DNA of 64,000 bases from Gnetum montanum (lineage: Eukaryota; Plantae; Gnetophyta): the NCBI GenBank assembly GCA_015680685.1, contig MNCI01001360.1:140240-204239 (forward strand). The letters run 5' to 3'. Below are positions 1 through 13,100 of the stretch, one piece after another (positions within the stretch are counted from its first letter, which is position 1; the number at the start of each line of letters is the position of its first letter). The notes under the pieces are model-generated. The model did not search any database and had not been told where the DNA came from. It saw nothing but the letters and a program-made list of their open reading frames with translations. The position numbers were made by a program, and so were the translations under genes.

Positions 1-1817
1 CAACAATTCTAAAGGCTTCAATGGTAGTGGGGTGTATTTTGAGTGATCCTTGCACTCAAAGTTAGGCCTTGGAGTAGCTTGTGGTATGGCCACTAATTAT
101 GCAAACTAGTTGGTTTGGTTTTTGGCTGAGGCCTTGGTTGGCTTGGCCATTGGCCTTAGATTAGCTATTTTAGCCAACTTGGCCATAGTTGCCACAGTTG
201 TAATTTTCTTCCCCTTGTCCTTGTCCTTTTTGGCATGTAGGTTCTTATAGGCCACGTAGGCTCAGTCCTTATTATCTTCCACTACATCCTGTATGATCTT
301 TGTCTGGGAAAAGGCTTGGCTTAGAGATTACAGGGCCAAGTAGTATAGTTTTGACTTAATGAATTCATTGACTACATCCTTGAAGATGGCCAAGATATGC
401 ATCTTGACTATTGGCTATCAAATTTCATTTAATGAGGTGCTCCAACATTGGATAAATTTTTGCACAGGCTCTAGATGGCCTTTCTTGATCTACATGAGCT
501 AGTCAAGGATAGTTTTAAGCTTCAAGTAGTACTTGAAATGCATCACAAACTAGCTCAAAAGATCATCCTAAGAGGAGATAGAGCCCCTAGGTAATGCATG
601 GTACCAATCTAGTGCCTTGCTAGTCAGTAACATAACAAAAACACATATGATGGCATGTGGTCATGCTTGTAATAGTAGGCACTTAGACCTGAATGTCAAC
701 AAGTGTGCATTGGAGTTCCCTTCACTATTGTACTTGGTGAAGTGGGGCATTGAGATCCTAATTGGAAGAGTCAGTAGTGAGAAAGAAAGACTTATGGGGT
801 CATCTTGGTAGAAGTTCACTACATAAACTATTTCAGAGGAGGTAGCCTTAAGCCACTTAACCTCTTCCGTCAAAGTTTGGATTAGTTGGAATGCCTGATC
901 CAAGTTCTAGGATGCTACAATGGGCTATGCTAGTTGTGCTACCTGCTATGCTAGTTGTGTGGTCCATGACCTAGTTGTAGATTGTGGGACCATGCAAGGT
1001 GCTTACTGTGTTGGCTATTTTATGGGCTTAGTGATCGAGGCAAGACATGTATGCATGGATTAAACCACTACCAAGGACACTGATGAAATAGGTAGGATGT
1101 ATAGTGCCTGAGTCATTTGGGGCTAGGAGACATGCATGGTGTGAATGTAAGGCTGAGAAGGCATGATTATTGCTAGCAGCACTGATTGGGTAGGTTTTGA
1201 TATTGCCACAAAGGGAAAGTTAATAGGAGGTAGTTCATCTTATGTGTATACTGCATCTAGTGTGTTGCTACTACTAGCATTGACTTGGAAGGTGATACCA
1301 GGGCTATGACTATCTTAAGAAACACAAGTGGACGGAATTACAACAAGGTCAAACTAGGGATTTTTCACTAGAAGATAGTGTGGAAGGAGTCCTAATGCTT
1401 GGAACGAGCTTTGAACTCATCCTGCTCTTCTTGTAGGAGTTCCTTGTAATCTGTCCCTACTTCACACTCACCTGTTCGAACGAGCTAGGCAAGCATCCAC
1501 TGGTAGCATTTCATTAGTGGGACAAATTCAATGGTGGAAAGGATATACTCTCATCCATTTTGATCAATGAGCTCATAGCCCTAATTGGCTTTCATGTCTA
1601 AGTGGTCTATGAATAGGCCCACTTGGATCTTCATGTAGATGAAGTTGTATTGTTCATCATTTAGTGTGGTATACTTGGGGTCTTGGCCACACAACCTAAG
1701 GGATTGCATTGGCTCTACCATGGTAGTACTAGCAGGGTAGTCAATCCTATTTTCTTGTTGGGTTGACAAGACAATGAGTGTACTCAAAACTGATGTTGAA
1801 GGTTGTTCAAAACTCAT
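1..1817 (-). pseudogene. gag: Decayed Ty3/gypsy Tat-lineage gag (N-terminal half; runs off window start)
   Basis: ORF 661-903 (FYQDDPIS..MPHFTKYNSEGNSNAHLLTFRSKCLLLQA) and ORF 1581-1817 (EQYNFIYMKIQ) align by eye to element B gag ORFs 11319-11561 and 10103-10558. Many stops. Confidence 0.85.
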
Positions 1818-2589
1818 GTGTGTGGGTTAAAAGTTATGAAAAAACAACTAACTCTATTGGTTGTAGAACATAGCTAACTCTAGAAACTACAAAAAAATAA
1901 CTAAGTCTAGACACTACAGAAAAAATGGCTAACTCTTGAGACTATGCTTTTTATGATGAGAGCTAACTACGCTCTCTACTGAGCACCCAGAATTTAGGTA
2001 ACTATTTAAATGAATGCACTGGAATTGCTACGCAGGGTTCAAGGGGAACAGATGACAAGGTCTAGTTTACACCAATTGTTTGGTAGATAATGCCTATGTT
2101 GGCTGAAGATCCAGCTACTACCACACATGTATTAGTTCCATAGGGTTTTTTGGTCTATGCTATCCCAAAGCTAGCAACAATGTTGTAGAGAACTACAGTC
2201 TATGCCTACTGGGTTGATTTCTACAATGTGTAGTGAACTACGGTGTCCTACAATGAGCTATGATGGTTCATAACTTTGCCTCTCTCTAGTTCGTTGGTGT
2301 GCCTTGGTGTTTTGTCTATCCAAAATGTCCAAATTTACCAACCTTGCTTCAATTTTTTCAACCCTAAAAACATAGAGAGTTGGGATATTTATAGGCCTAG
2401 GGTTAGCAAGAAAACTGAAGAGACTACCACATGGCAAAGCGGACGATTGGAGCTACACTGTCATCCAACTATGCTCTCCACTAAGGCTAGCGATGTTATC
2501 CTTTGCTCTATTCTATTAGACTCTATGAAGTTGAGAGACTATGACTATTCTATCAACTACATGTACATGTGCTCAAAGAAGAACAGGGT

Positions 2590-2765
2590 GTAGATCTAGA
2601 AGAACATGGTGTAGATCTGTAGTTATAGTGCGCAGATCTGAGATAACAAGACGCAGATCTGTAATGTTTGAACGTAGATCTGCAGTCACGGGGTGCAGAT
2701 CTACAGCAATGGGGCGTAGATCTGGGATGTAGGGAAGTAGATCTGAGTATATCTATGCAGATCTA
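2590..2765. repeat. Degenerate ~20-22 bp tandem array built on (G)YAGATCT in retroelement 5' UTR
   Basis: About nine AGATCT palindromes at regular spacing immediately downstream (element orientation) of the PBS. Confidence 0.75.
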
Positions 2766-2777
2766 AGTGAAAGCATG

Positions 2778-2794
2778 CCCTCCTTCTAGCACCA
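2778..2794 (-). promoter_or_regulatory. Putative primer binding site TGGTGCTAGAAGGAGGG
   Basis: Lies 5 nt after the LTR end (..GCTACA). Homologous to the element B PBS at 9562-9578. Cognate tRNA not identified. Confidence 0.75.
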
Positions 2795-3517
2795 TTTTCT
2801 GTAGCATCTGAAATCGTCGGTGCAAGGCTGCAATGAAACAAACACCGAGAGATCCTCTGAAAGAAATACAAAAGACCCTACCTTCACTTGAGGGCAAGCT
2901 AGAATGGACGAAGGTAGAGTTCCTTGAATGGTCCACACACGGATCAAATAAGGACTTCCCCAACATACGCACTTTGCAATGCATTTGGTTATACATAGAC
3001 AATGCACATTAAACATGAACTGTAACGTAAATAGACACAATAATGTAAACTAGAATGTAAACGTAAACTGAAAGAACAAAGAAAACTGCAATAAATCTGG
3101 GCAAAAATATAAACTATTTTGTATTGAAAAAGTGATCGCAGCATGCACCGATCAAAACACAGTTGTGGATTAATCACAAGGTGGACGTTTAGCCCCTGTG
3201 GGTGATGACAGGTGCTGGGAGATGCAGGTTTTGGGTTGCAGGGAAATGCAGCGTCCAAGTCTCATGCCCAGCGTACAGAGGTTTATGCCCAGATTTGCTA
3301 AGTGTACTAGATCCAATTTTTTTTGTCTCTGTTTGTAAAAATTGCCAACCTTGATCTAGTAAAAAATTAGGGTTTTTATAAGATCTTGGGTGTTAGATTC
3401 GGATCTGGAAGGAGATGAGTGGCTGTGAGGTGAGGAAAGTTTGGATCGAGAGACAGGTGGTGCGTTGACTAAGTGCAAAATATGTTACAACTGTACAGCG
3501 TACAGCATATGAGATTG

Positions 3518-3625
3518 GGCATCAACCTTAGCATACAGGCTTAGCATCAACCTCAACATACAGGCTCAGCATCAACCGCAGCGTACAGGCTCAACATCAA
3601 CCTCAGTGTACAGGCTCAGCATACA
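3518..3625. repeat. 24-bp tandem repeat (~4 copies) within LTR
   Basis: GCATCAACCTCAGCRTACAGGCTCA-like units at 24-nt period. Confidence 0.8.
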
Positions 3626-4373
3626 CCAAAATGTACCTAGCGTACACACATGAAAATGCATCATTTTGAGGTTAAAACTTGATTTTCAAGTGCTTGTGAT
3701 GATGCCTAATAGTTTCCCTACCTCTGGGAGTAAATTTCAGGTGAAAATCTTGCACTTTGGTGCTTGTTTTGGGCCGTTTATGGTGGTGTACGCTGGTCAG
3801 CGTACACCAAAATGTACCCAACGTACACACATGAAAATGCATCATTTTGAGGTCAAAACATGATTTTCAGGCGCCTATGATGATGCCCAATAGTTTCCCT
3901 ACCTCTAGGAGTTAATTTCAAGTAAAAATATTGCTCTTTGGTGCCTGTTTTGGGCCATTTTTGGTGGTGTACGCTGGGCTGTACGCTAGTCAGCGTACAC
4001 CAAAATGTACCCAATGTACACACATGAAAATGCATCATTTTGAGGTCAAAACGTGATTTTCAGGTGCCTATGATGATGCCCAATAGTTTCCCTACCTCTA
4101 GGAGTTAATTTCAAGTAAAAATATTGCTCTTTGGTGCCTGTTTTGGGCCATTTTTGGTGGTGTACGCTGGGCTATACGCTGGTCAACGTACACCAAAATG
4201 TACCTAGCGTACACACATGAAAAGGCATCATTTTGAGGTTAGAACTTGATTTTTAGGTGCTTGAGATGATGCCCAATAGTTTCCCTACCTCTGGGAGTCA
4301 ATTTCAAGTGAAAATATTTCTCTTTGGTGTCTATTTTGGGTCATTTTTGGTGGTGTACACTAGGCTGTACGCT
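3617..4373. repeat. 181/193-bp tandem repeat (4 copies) within LTR A
   Basis: Unit starts (CARCRTACACCAAAATGTACC) at 3617, 3798, 3991 and 4184. Confidence 0.9.
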
Positions 4374-4732
4374 AAGAGCTACTAGGGACTTTGGGGAAGG
4401 TCCTAGGGGGTCTAGACACTTAATTCTGGCATGTTTTGGCTCATTTTTGGGGCCCAAAAATTACTATACACTGGCCTGTACGCTGGCCAAAGTACAGCTC
4501 AATGTGAACAGAGTATACTTGGTCAAACCCAAGTATTTTAAATCCAAAACATGAAATTCCTGATGCTGGATGATGATGTAGTCACCTGTGGGTCTCAGGG
4601 AACTCTTTCTTGTTCAATTATGCTCCATTTGATGCTGTTTTTGAGGCTTTCAAGCTTGGTCATGCTAGGGACCAACATGACGTAGCTCAATTTCTATCTA
4701 CAAGTGTTAGCCAAAATTTTTGTGGTGTTTCA

Positions 4733-4746
4733 TTGGCCCCTCTTTG
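4733..4746 (-). promoter_or_regulatory. Polypurine tract of element A (CAAAGAGGGGCCAA)
   Basis: Abuts the LTR start TGAAAC. Identical to the element B PPT at 25289-25302. Confidence 0.85.
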
Positions 4747-5909
4747 TGGACGCCTGGAGGAATTGACCCGAGAGGCTTTGAAAAAGAAGTATAAAACACC
4801 ACAAGCAAACTAGTAGCAAGCATTGTCCTTTGGCACTTAGCCAGATGTCATCACACCATGTTCAAAAGTACCTGGGATTGGGAAATGAAGTTTTGAGATG
4901 ATATCTAGAGGAGATGTTTACAACTGTGGGATTAGGAATTGATCAAGGGATTGTGCTGGTGTGGGAGAGGAGTATTCATCTTGTGCAAACAAGTCATGTT
5001 GTTCCTTGTTGATTGCCAATATTTGGTAGACTTGGAACCAAGGCATGAAGAGTATGTCCTTTGGAGGAACGAGACTCTTGTATCATGTTTGAAAGAACTC
5101 GTTGTCACAACCAAAGCCACGCGATGATGTGATGTGTTCTTTGGAGAAATAGGACCCTTGTGGATTGTCTAAGGGAACCCATTGTCTGATAGCCAAAACC
5201 ACACAGTGAGGTGAAACATGATGGTTTGAGACATGAGTATTTCTTTCCAAGACAACTTCCTTCCCACCTAGGGCTTGTATGGGAAGTGCCAAGGGTCTTG
5301 TGGTTCATTTTGCTCTTTGCTCTTTGATCTTTTCTTTTTCTTTTTCTTTTTATTTTTTCTTTTTTTTCCTTTTTCTTTGTTTTTGAAAAGATCTTTCTTT
5401 CAATTTTGCACTCATGCTCATGTGTTGTGTTGTGTGTTGCAACTTCTTGAGAGTGTCGCAACGCGCAATAGTGTGCTCAAAGTTTTGGGGTGTACTGGGT
5501 GTATCTGGGAACTGTAACTGGGTAGGAAAGGGAACAAGAGTGTTGGGGAAATGGATAATGTATTGGAAGCTGGGAATGTACTTTTGAACAGATTGATTAA
5601 CCTGGTTGCATGCATCAGAAACAATGTGGCACCTTGTCACCGTAATGAAGTGTATCCGTGTACGAGCACCACTGGGTGTCATCCTGCAAACACAACTCCA
5701 AGAAGATAAGAAAACCACAAGTGAATGAGTTGGCGAAAAATTTAGACACGAATGTGGCTGATGCAAATGGAGGCACCATGTGAAACTTAAGGCAAAAAAA
5801 CTAAGCAGCAATAGTGTTGTCAGAGCTGATGTGATGAATGATCCAGCAGGAGTTGATGAAGAAATTTCATGAATTATAGCATCAGATGAATGTGCCAAAG
5901 ATGATCTTG

Positions 5910-6330
5910 CTAGTTTATAGTCTTAGCGGACTATCGTGGGTTAGTTTTATGTCATAACCCATTGGACGTTGCTAGTTTATCGTCGTAGTGGACGATGTGA
6001 TGCTAGTTTCTAGTCATGGCGAACTATGAAGAGGCAAGCTAGTTTATAGTCTTAGCGGACTCTGGTAAACAAAACTATGGTAGTTTAATGTCATATCAGA
6101 CGCTCTGTGGTATCAGTTCTAGGTCATGACGCCAGGACATTCTGTGGTGCTAGTTTTTTTTTAAGTCATAGACCAAGACATTCTGTGGTATCAGTTTACC
6201 GTCATGATGCCAGGACGAATCTGTGGTATTAGTTTACCGTCATGATGCCAAAACAAAGTGTGGTACTAGTTTTAAGTCATGATGCCAAGACTGTTCTGTG
6301 GTATTAGTTTTAGGTCGTGATGTCAGGATC
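5910..6330 (-). repeat. 3' UTR array of stem-loop + TAAACT motifs (element A)
   Basis: About 12 units. On + they read AGTTTA-N-stem-loop-stem, e.g. agttta t agtc ttagcg gact and agttta t cgtc gtagtg gacg. Confidence 0.85.
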
Positions 6331-6676
6331 GTCGGTGTGGATGCATGCGTGTGTGTCCGTATGATCCTATAAACAAAAGCAACTAGAGAACACAATGTTA
6401 AATAAAAATTGCAGAAAACATGAGCTGAAATGCACAAGTAAATAGAAAATAATGTGAAAAGGTAGTAGTTTAAGGCCTTTTCGGGCCAAATGCAAACGCG
6501 TAAGCTAGTACAATGCAAACTAAGGTGACGTATGCACAACGAACAAAGGTAAAGAGTGGGCGGGGATCCGATGTATTTTTGGCCACACTAGAGTCTTGAT
6601 TATGTGGTTGTTTCCTAGCCAAACGTGGTCTAGGAGGCATGCTAGTTTGCTCTGGGAGGCTTTTAGTTTTTACCCC

Positions 6677-8135
6677 TCATTCAGGCGTTTTAGCTCTAGG
6701 TGTTGTGTTTGTTGTTGTGGGTGTTCCATCAAGAGACTCTTCTTTCAAGACTTGTGACATCTCTATGTTGTGGATGGCTTGAAAGGGAGTGTTATCGCCA
6801 TGTATGATGACTTTTCCACCTTCGTATGGAAGGTAGATTTCTTGATGTATCGATGAGGAAACAGCCCGTTGTTGGGCTAGCCAAGGTCTACCAAGAATCA
6901 TGTTGAAACTTGGCATTTCTTCTATGACAATGAATTCCGTGCTGGTGGGGAATTTTTCTCCTACCATGAATGCTAAGTTGATTGTGCCCTTAACTATGAC
7001 ACATGATCCATTGAAGGATTTTAAACACGTGATTTTTGCTGGCATGATCTCGTCTGCCATGCCTAGTTTGTCGATGATGGAGTATAGAACTACATTTGTT
7101 GTCGTGCCATCATCAATGTGCACTCTGCAAATGGTACATTTTCCAACACGTACATTGATCGACAATGGAGCTATTGTGACCTCCCCTCGTTCGAGGTTAT
7201 GTTTAACTACATCATCACAGAAGGCTAAGGTGTTTGAACCCAATCCTTGTGGTGTGTGTTGTGAAATCGTTGCACGGATGGATTCCATGTTAGCAGGGAT
7301 GTCCTCTGTAACAGGAATGGATGCTAATGCTTGCGCTAAGGCTTTGCGATGAGTCGATGATGTCATGACCAGGTCGTACAAGCTCATGGTTGTGTTCTTT
7401 TGTTTGAGCATTTTTTTCACCTGGGCCAATGTAGCTACAAAGTCCGTGTTGTTTACCATTATGTTGGCTGCCTTTGTATGGGTCCAGGAATTGGGCTTAG
7501 TTTGTTTGGGATTAGGGGCAGGGTCCCCAGCATTCGATTGTTGCTTGCTTGGTGTGGCTTTTTTTTCGACTGTGGATGTTATTCGTTGTTCATTTGTCCT
7601 CTTCTGCTGTCATTTAGTAGGCTTACCCATGTTGTTGGCAATGTTGACTCTTGAGGGAGAAGAGGTTGAGACATTGCCTATGGTTGGGCTCTGGGTAGGT
7701 GAGGGGCCATTGCATGGTGGCACATTTATGAAAAATGGTAGTTTGGGAGGAGTCGTTGGTGTTTGACTAGCTTGTTGTGGCACCTTGATAAAGAAAGGTT
7801 TCTTTGTTGTTGTCGTTGGTGCATCGTGCCAGTTTAACGTCTTAGCGGACGATGACGCTTCCTTCCAGTTTAACGTCTTAGTGGACGTATGAGGTGGTGG
7901 TACTTTGACCACGAAATGTGTCATTGGTGCTCTAGGTGGCACCTTGATGACGATGGGAGGCCCCTTGCTCATGGAGGNTGATGTTGAGTTGGCCCCGTTC
8001 TATCATTGCTTGTAGATCATCCTGTAACACATGGCAGGTGTTAGTGTTGTGATCAAACATCTGGTGGTAGTGATAGAATTAGTCTAACTTGAAATGTCAT
8101 GGAACCGAGGGCTCATTTGGTGCTACTAAGGTGGG
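6677..8135 (-). pseudogene. Element A gag C-terminus (decayed zinc knuckle, Pro-rich linker) plus aspartic protease; no RT/RH/INT follows
   Basis: ORF 6677-7459 has the protease signature (VHIDDGTTTNVV..FNMILGRPWL). ORF 7610-7972 is Pro-rich. A knuckle remnant (YHQMFDHNTNTC) lies at ~8025-8075. Cut by the element B LTR at 8136. Confidence 0.85.
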
Positions 8136-9556
8136 TGAAACACAACAAAATTCTAAGCTTAGTACTTCTCCAACATGGATCAAGCTAAAATCGTGATGCT
8201 CCCCACCATGACTAAAGCTTGATGGCCTCATGGACAGCTTCAAATGGAGTTGAACTGAGCAAGAAATGGTTCCCTAGGATCCATAGAAGACTACGGCAAC
8301 ATCTGGTGTCGAACCCGATAAAATTTTGAGCCCAAAATACTTGGTTTTCACTAGGTATGCATCCTGTACGCCCAGCGTGTGACTTCAAAGACTACCTGAA
8401 ATAGACACTTCAAAGCAAGATTTTCAAAAGACATCGACTCTCAGAGACAAGGAAACTGTTAGGCATCATCATGGGCTCAAGAAAATCAAGTTTTGACCTT
8501 GAAATCGTACACTTGGAAGTACACATGCTGAGCATGTACCTCCTGCACACCCAGTGTGTACGCCCAACATGTACGCCCAGCATGCACCATCCAACGTGCA
8601 GCATAGCGTACATCAGTGGAAATCTTCTAGAAACATGTCAAATCAAGTCCAACTGAGCTGAACATCCACAAGCAGCATTCTCGTAACATCTGAGTTCAAA
8701 TCCGAGGGTCGAATTGGATACTTCCTGCTGTAATAGTAATTTGTAAAAATGAATTCTTTTGTTTTAGTCAAGTCTGTACGTTGAGTTCACATGCCTAGTG
8801 TGTACACGCTATCATGCAGCAACACACGTTGGCATGCAACACGCTGCATAGTTGTAATATTTTTTGCACCCGGGCAACGCAGCCACCTATCATCCGACCT
8901 GAAATTCTCTCATCCACGACCACTCATACCCTTCCAGATCTGAATCCATCACTCAAGAAACCTCATAAAAACCCCAATTTTTCACTAGATCGGGGTTGGG
9001 GGGTAATTTTGGGTAATTTTGGGGCAAAGGAGAGAGAAAATCTTGGAGAAAACTTAGCAAATCAGAGCAGGAACCCCCATACACTGGACTTCGATACTAC
9101 ACACTGAGCATGTAGCCTTCACGTTGTGCTTGCAGTTTAAACTAGCACACCATCATCTTCTAGCATCCACTAGGGCCCTTCGTCCGCCTCGTGTCAAATC
9201 TACGACTGCATCTAGACCGGTGCACTGTAATTCTCATCTGGTAATAAAATTACTTTGTTTCTGCTCAAAATTTATCACAGTTTTTGTTTATTCTGGTTCA
9301 TTCCTTTTGTTTAAGTTAACGCAAATTTACGCTTTGGGTTTACATTAATCACGTTGTTTACACATAACCCAGCGTATTGCATATTGGCATACGTTGGAGA
9401 AATCCTTGTCTGATCTACGTGTGGACCACCCAAGGTACTCTACCTTCGTCAATTCCAGCTCACCCTCAAGCGAAGGTAGGGTCTTCTATATTTCTTCTGG
9501 GGATCTATCGGTGTTTGTTTCATTATAGCCTTACACCGACGATTTCGGATGGTACA
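8136..9556 (+). mobile_element. 5' LTR of element B (1421 bp)
   Basis: Starts TGAAACACAACAAAATTCTAAGCTTAGTACTTCTCCAAC, matching the post-PPT sequence at 25303. Ends ..GGTACA before the PBS. Confidence 0.88.
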
Positions 9557-9561
9557 GAAAA

Positions 9562-9578
9562 TGGCACTAGAAGGAGGG
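9562..9578 (+). promoter_or_regulatory. Putative PBS TGGCACTAGAAGGAGGG
   Basis: TGG-initiated and 5 nt after the LTR end. Conserved with 2778-2794. Confidence 0.75.
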
Positions 9579-9734
9579 CCTAAAACTGTTTAAATCTACT
9601 CTGATCTCATACACATGCCCCCTGTGCTTCTAATCTACCACCTGGTTTTCTCATATTTACATTGTGTCAACATTAAATCTGATTTTACAACTCTCTGAAT
9701 TTGCATCCTGTTCCGTAGCGATCTCAGCGTCTAC

Positions 9735-9910
9735 ACGCTGCCCAGCTTACCTCCACACTGTAGACCCCATCTACATGCTGCCTAGTCAACCCGCACACTG
9801 TAGACCCTGTCTACATGCTGCCTGGTCAACCCACATGCTGTAGAACCTATCTACACGCTACCTAGTCAACCTGCATGCTATAGACCCTATCTACATGCTG
9901 CAACCACTCG
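9735..9910. repeat. 40-bp tandem repeat (~4 copies) in 5' UTR of element B
   Basis: TGTAGACCCYRTCTACAYGCTGCCTRGTCAACCYGCAYRC units. Confidence 0.85.
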
Positions 9911-10174
9911 TAACATGCTGACCACTCTGGCTCTACACTGATAGTTGTAGCCTGCATGCTGTGACCTCAGTTTACACGCTGTGACCAATTTCTGTACACT
10001 GGTCATTAAAGCTTGTACGCTAGGACCCAGTCCATATGCTACGTAAATAGGCTACACGCTGCCAACTTAGGTGTACGCTAGATAAGCACACCCATTTCAT
10101 GCTTGGCCAAATCTTCACTTGTACTCCTTGACATTGTATCCCTTCCACATTGTTACATTTATGACCTTTTCATC

Positions 10175-13100
10175 ATGAATACCTCCAACACCAATGTTTC
10201 AACCAAGCCAATTCCGGATACCATTGGCCCCACGACGATGTCGATACCCATTATGCAACCCATAGGGGCCCACGGTGAGGTTAATCCCCAGGGAGAACCT
10301 CACCAGTTTCTCAGACTACAAGGGAGGAATCCATCATTCAACGTTATCACACAAGAACAATATAATTTTATATGCGTAAAAATCCAAGCCAGCCTAGCAG
10401 TGGATCAAATTGAAATGGAGGCTAAGAGACAATATGAACTATTTCATAGGAGAGGACATGAGTTCATCCCTTCCTTGTATGACATCATCCCTCTTCCATA
10501 TCACTACTCTAAGCTCATCTCACAGCTCCTCCTAGCTAGGAATCAGTCTTTAGACTAGTCTATGGTAAATCCTCAATTAATGAAGGAGGATGACTTTGCG
10601 GCTCAATCCGAACACGAAGATTCATACCATACTCTCAGTCCGCACACTTACGCAAACTTGTTATTTCATCCCTTCACGGGGGATACTATGTTCCTCCATT
10701 CATTTAAAACCACTCAAGCACATGTGCCTCAACAAGAAGCATCCACGCTTATTCCCACTCCCCCAGTGACCGATATCCAACTCAATATACCCCTCGCCAG
10801 TATTCCTTCCATTACCACATTATCCCCTCTCTTGCAAATACAACCCCAACAACAACCCCCACAAACCAATGTAGGAACAACCTTCCCACCCCGAGTGATC
10901 AAGATGCCATATGTGATACCTACTTCTACATCCGTGCATTATATACCATAGATCCAAACACAAAGAACACCCTTCATCACTTCAATTCAATAATTTCAAG
11001 GCGTCCCCTCACAAATCATGACTGGACAGTGAGCTGGGACTAGTACACAAGTGCATCACCCCCCCCTAACTACAACGTACCACCTCCTACAATTCCCCTC
11101 ATGAACATCCGTCAAGTACAGCAACAACAACAACAACAACCCTTTCCTTACAGTATGCCACACTTAGCAGCACCTACCATAAATATTCCACAAGCGCAAC
11201 CTCCAACCACTCAACTTTCCTCTATCCCACCCACCATACAACAATCTAACTTGTATACTACACAACATAATCAATCTGCCATCTCACCCACTGCCCAAGA
11301 CTAGGCCGAAGCCAAAAAATGATGCAAGAGCTAACTGACGAGGTCAAGCGCCTCAAAACAGCTACCGACGAAGAGCTTAAGATAGTATATTTCTATCAAG
11401 ATGACCCTATCAGCTCTTCGATTCCACCTCTAACATTACCTAAAGGTGTTTCCTTACCCACGTTAACCAAATACAATGGGGAAACAGACCCCAACACCCA
11501 TCTTGTAACTTTTAGACTAGAGTGCGTGTTGCTTCAGGCATGGCCACATGCCATCTTGTGAGTGTTTTCCATGTCCCTCACAGGGAGAGCACTTGACTGG
11601 TATCAAGCATTACCCCGAAACTCCATATCTTCTTTGGAAGATTTATTACACCAGTTCATTACCAGGTTCAAGTATAACTTAAAGCCTGAAGCAACACTTG
11701 ACAGCCTCATACAGGTCAAGCAAGCACCCCTTGAACCTATTCAAAAATTTATTCAACGGTGGAGTGCTGCCCTCAATGAGCTCCATGAGCCAATCCCAGA
11801 GAATTATCTCCTCACTATTCTAAAGGGGGACGTTAATGATTTTGTGAAGTCCAAATTATATTATCTTAATGCACGCACTCTTAGCCAAGCATTTGTACAA
11901 ATAAAGAACATAGAAGAGGTAGCCCAAAACAGCCATGACCCTACCTATTCAGCCTTTAAAAACCAACATAATAAGAAAGACAAAGAAAAGGCTAAGGAAA
12001 CTATAGCAGCAGTAGTGGAAACACAAAAAATGAGTACGAGACAACAAGGCAAACTGCCTACTACCCCTACTAACTATGCTAGACCTGCTTCCGCTACTGC
12101 ACCCGAACCGTCCACATCACAAAATCCTACACCAGGTCATGTGAGAAACTTCGAGAAGAGAGACCCCTCTCAAGACACATCATTGCCCATGAAACCCTTG
12201 CAATTATTTGACCAACTCTTGAAGGTTGGACTAATGAAACATAAATAATTGTCCCTTGCAGCAATCCAAAGACATGATCGATTCTGTCAGTTGGTCGAGA
12301 ACCCAAGCTTGGCAACGCCAAATAAGCCCCCAGTTCCAAGGGGCTTTAGAATAGACCTCTTTTGTGATTATCATCAACGTAATGGGCATGGCACTGATTA
12401 TTGTTTCACCTTGAAACAAGATATTCAATGGATGATCGACGGAGGTGAGTCACTTTTGATGAGGCCAACCCAGTCAAACCACAAAACTAGGCCATGGGCA
12501 TATATAAGGATCCTCTAAATACTAAGGAAGCTCCATACATAATTAACACTATCTACTTAGACAACGAACAAGAAGCACCTCAGATTAACACCCTTTATTT
12601 AGATAATGAACAGCAAACACCTAAGAGACCCTTCGCAGTTCATACTTCCTCTACTCCACAAACACCCACGCCTCAATCATCATACTCTCTATGTAACCTG
12701 CCTACCTCCCAAAGACCCTATGTCATCCGAATACCCCCCACAGTGGCAGCCTCTACCATACCACCAAAACCATGCATGGTGCGTGTACCTCCCACCGCTA
12801 CTACTACAAACACACAACCTCCTACCCGGCTCGCTCCCTATGTAGTTCAGGTGCCACTTGTGGTTGCAACTATGGAGGTACAACCCCCAACTAGACCAAC
12901 TCCATATGTTTTCAGGATACCTGAACATCCTGATAACCACCAACCTTCCACCCCGTAAACACAAAATAAACCAATCCCATATGTTGTTAGGGTGCCTAGG
13001 CAGCCTGATACTCAACCACCTTCAACCATCCAATCACAACCCCGGCCTACTCCATACGTCATACGGGTTCCAAAGCAACCATATGTTCAGAAACCAAATG

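Larger units (their letters stand above)
2800..4732 (-). mobile_element. LTR of Tat-lineage element A (TGAAACAC...GCTACA, ~1.93 kb)
   Basis: TG..CA ends. PPT directly upstream and PBS directly downstream. End homologous to element B LTR end (9380-9556). 4376-4732 is closely similar to 25360-25718. Confidence 0.85.

Noticed and set aside
5910-6330. CRISPR-like appearance (conserved short repeat with variable spacers), also at 23716-24193
   Set aside because: Eukaryotic retrotransposon 3' UTR with no cas genes. Spacers are short, related to each other and homologous between elements A and B.
6900-7766. Plus-strand ORFs of 130-150 aa, and similar shadow ORFs across the window
   Set aside because: Antisense shadows of gag/pol frames or low-complexity UTR/LTR ORFs without recognisable motifs.
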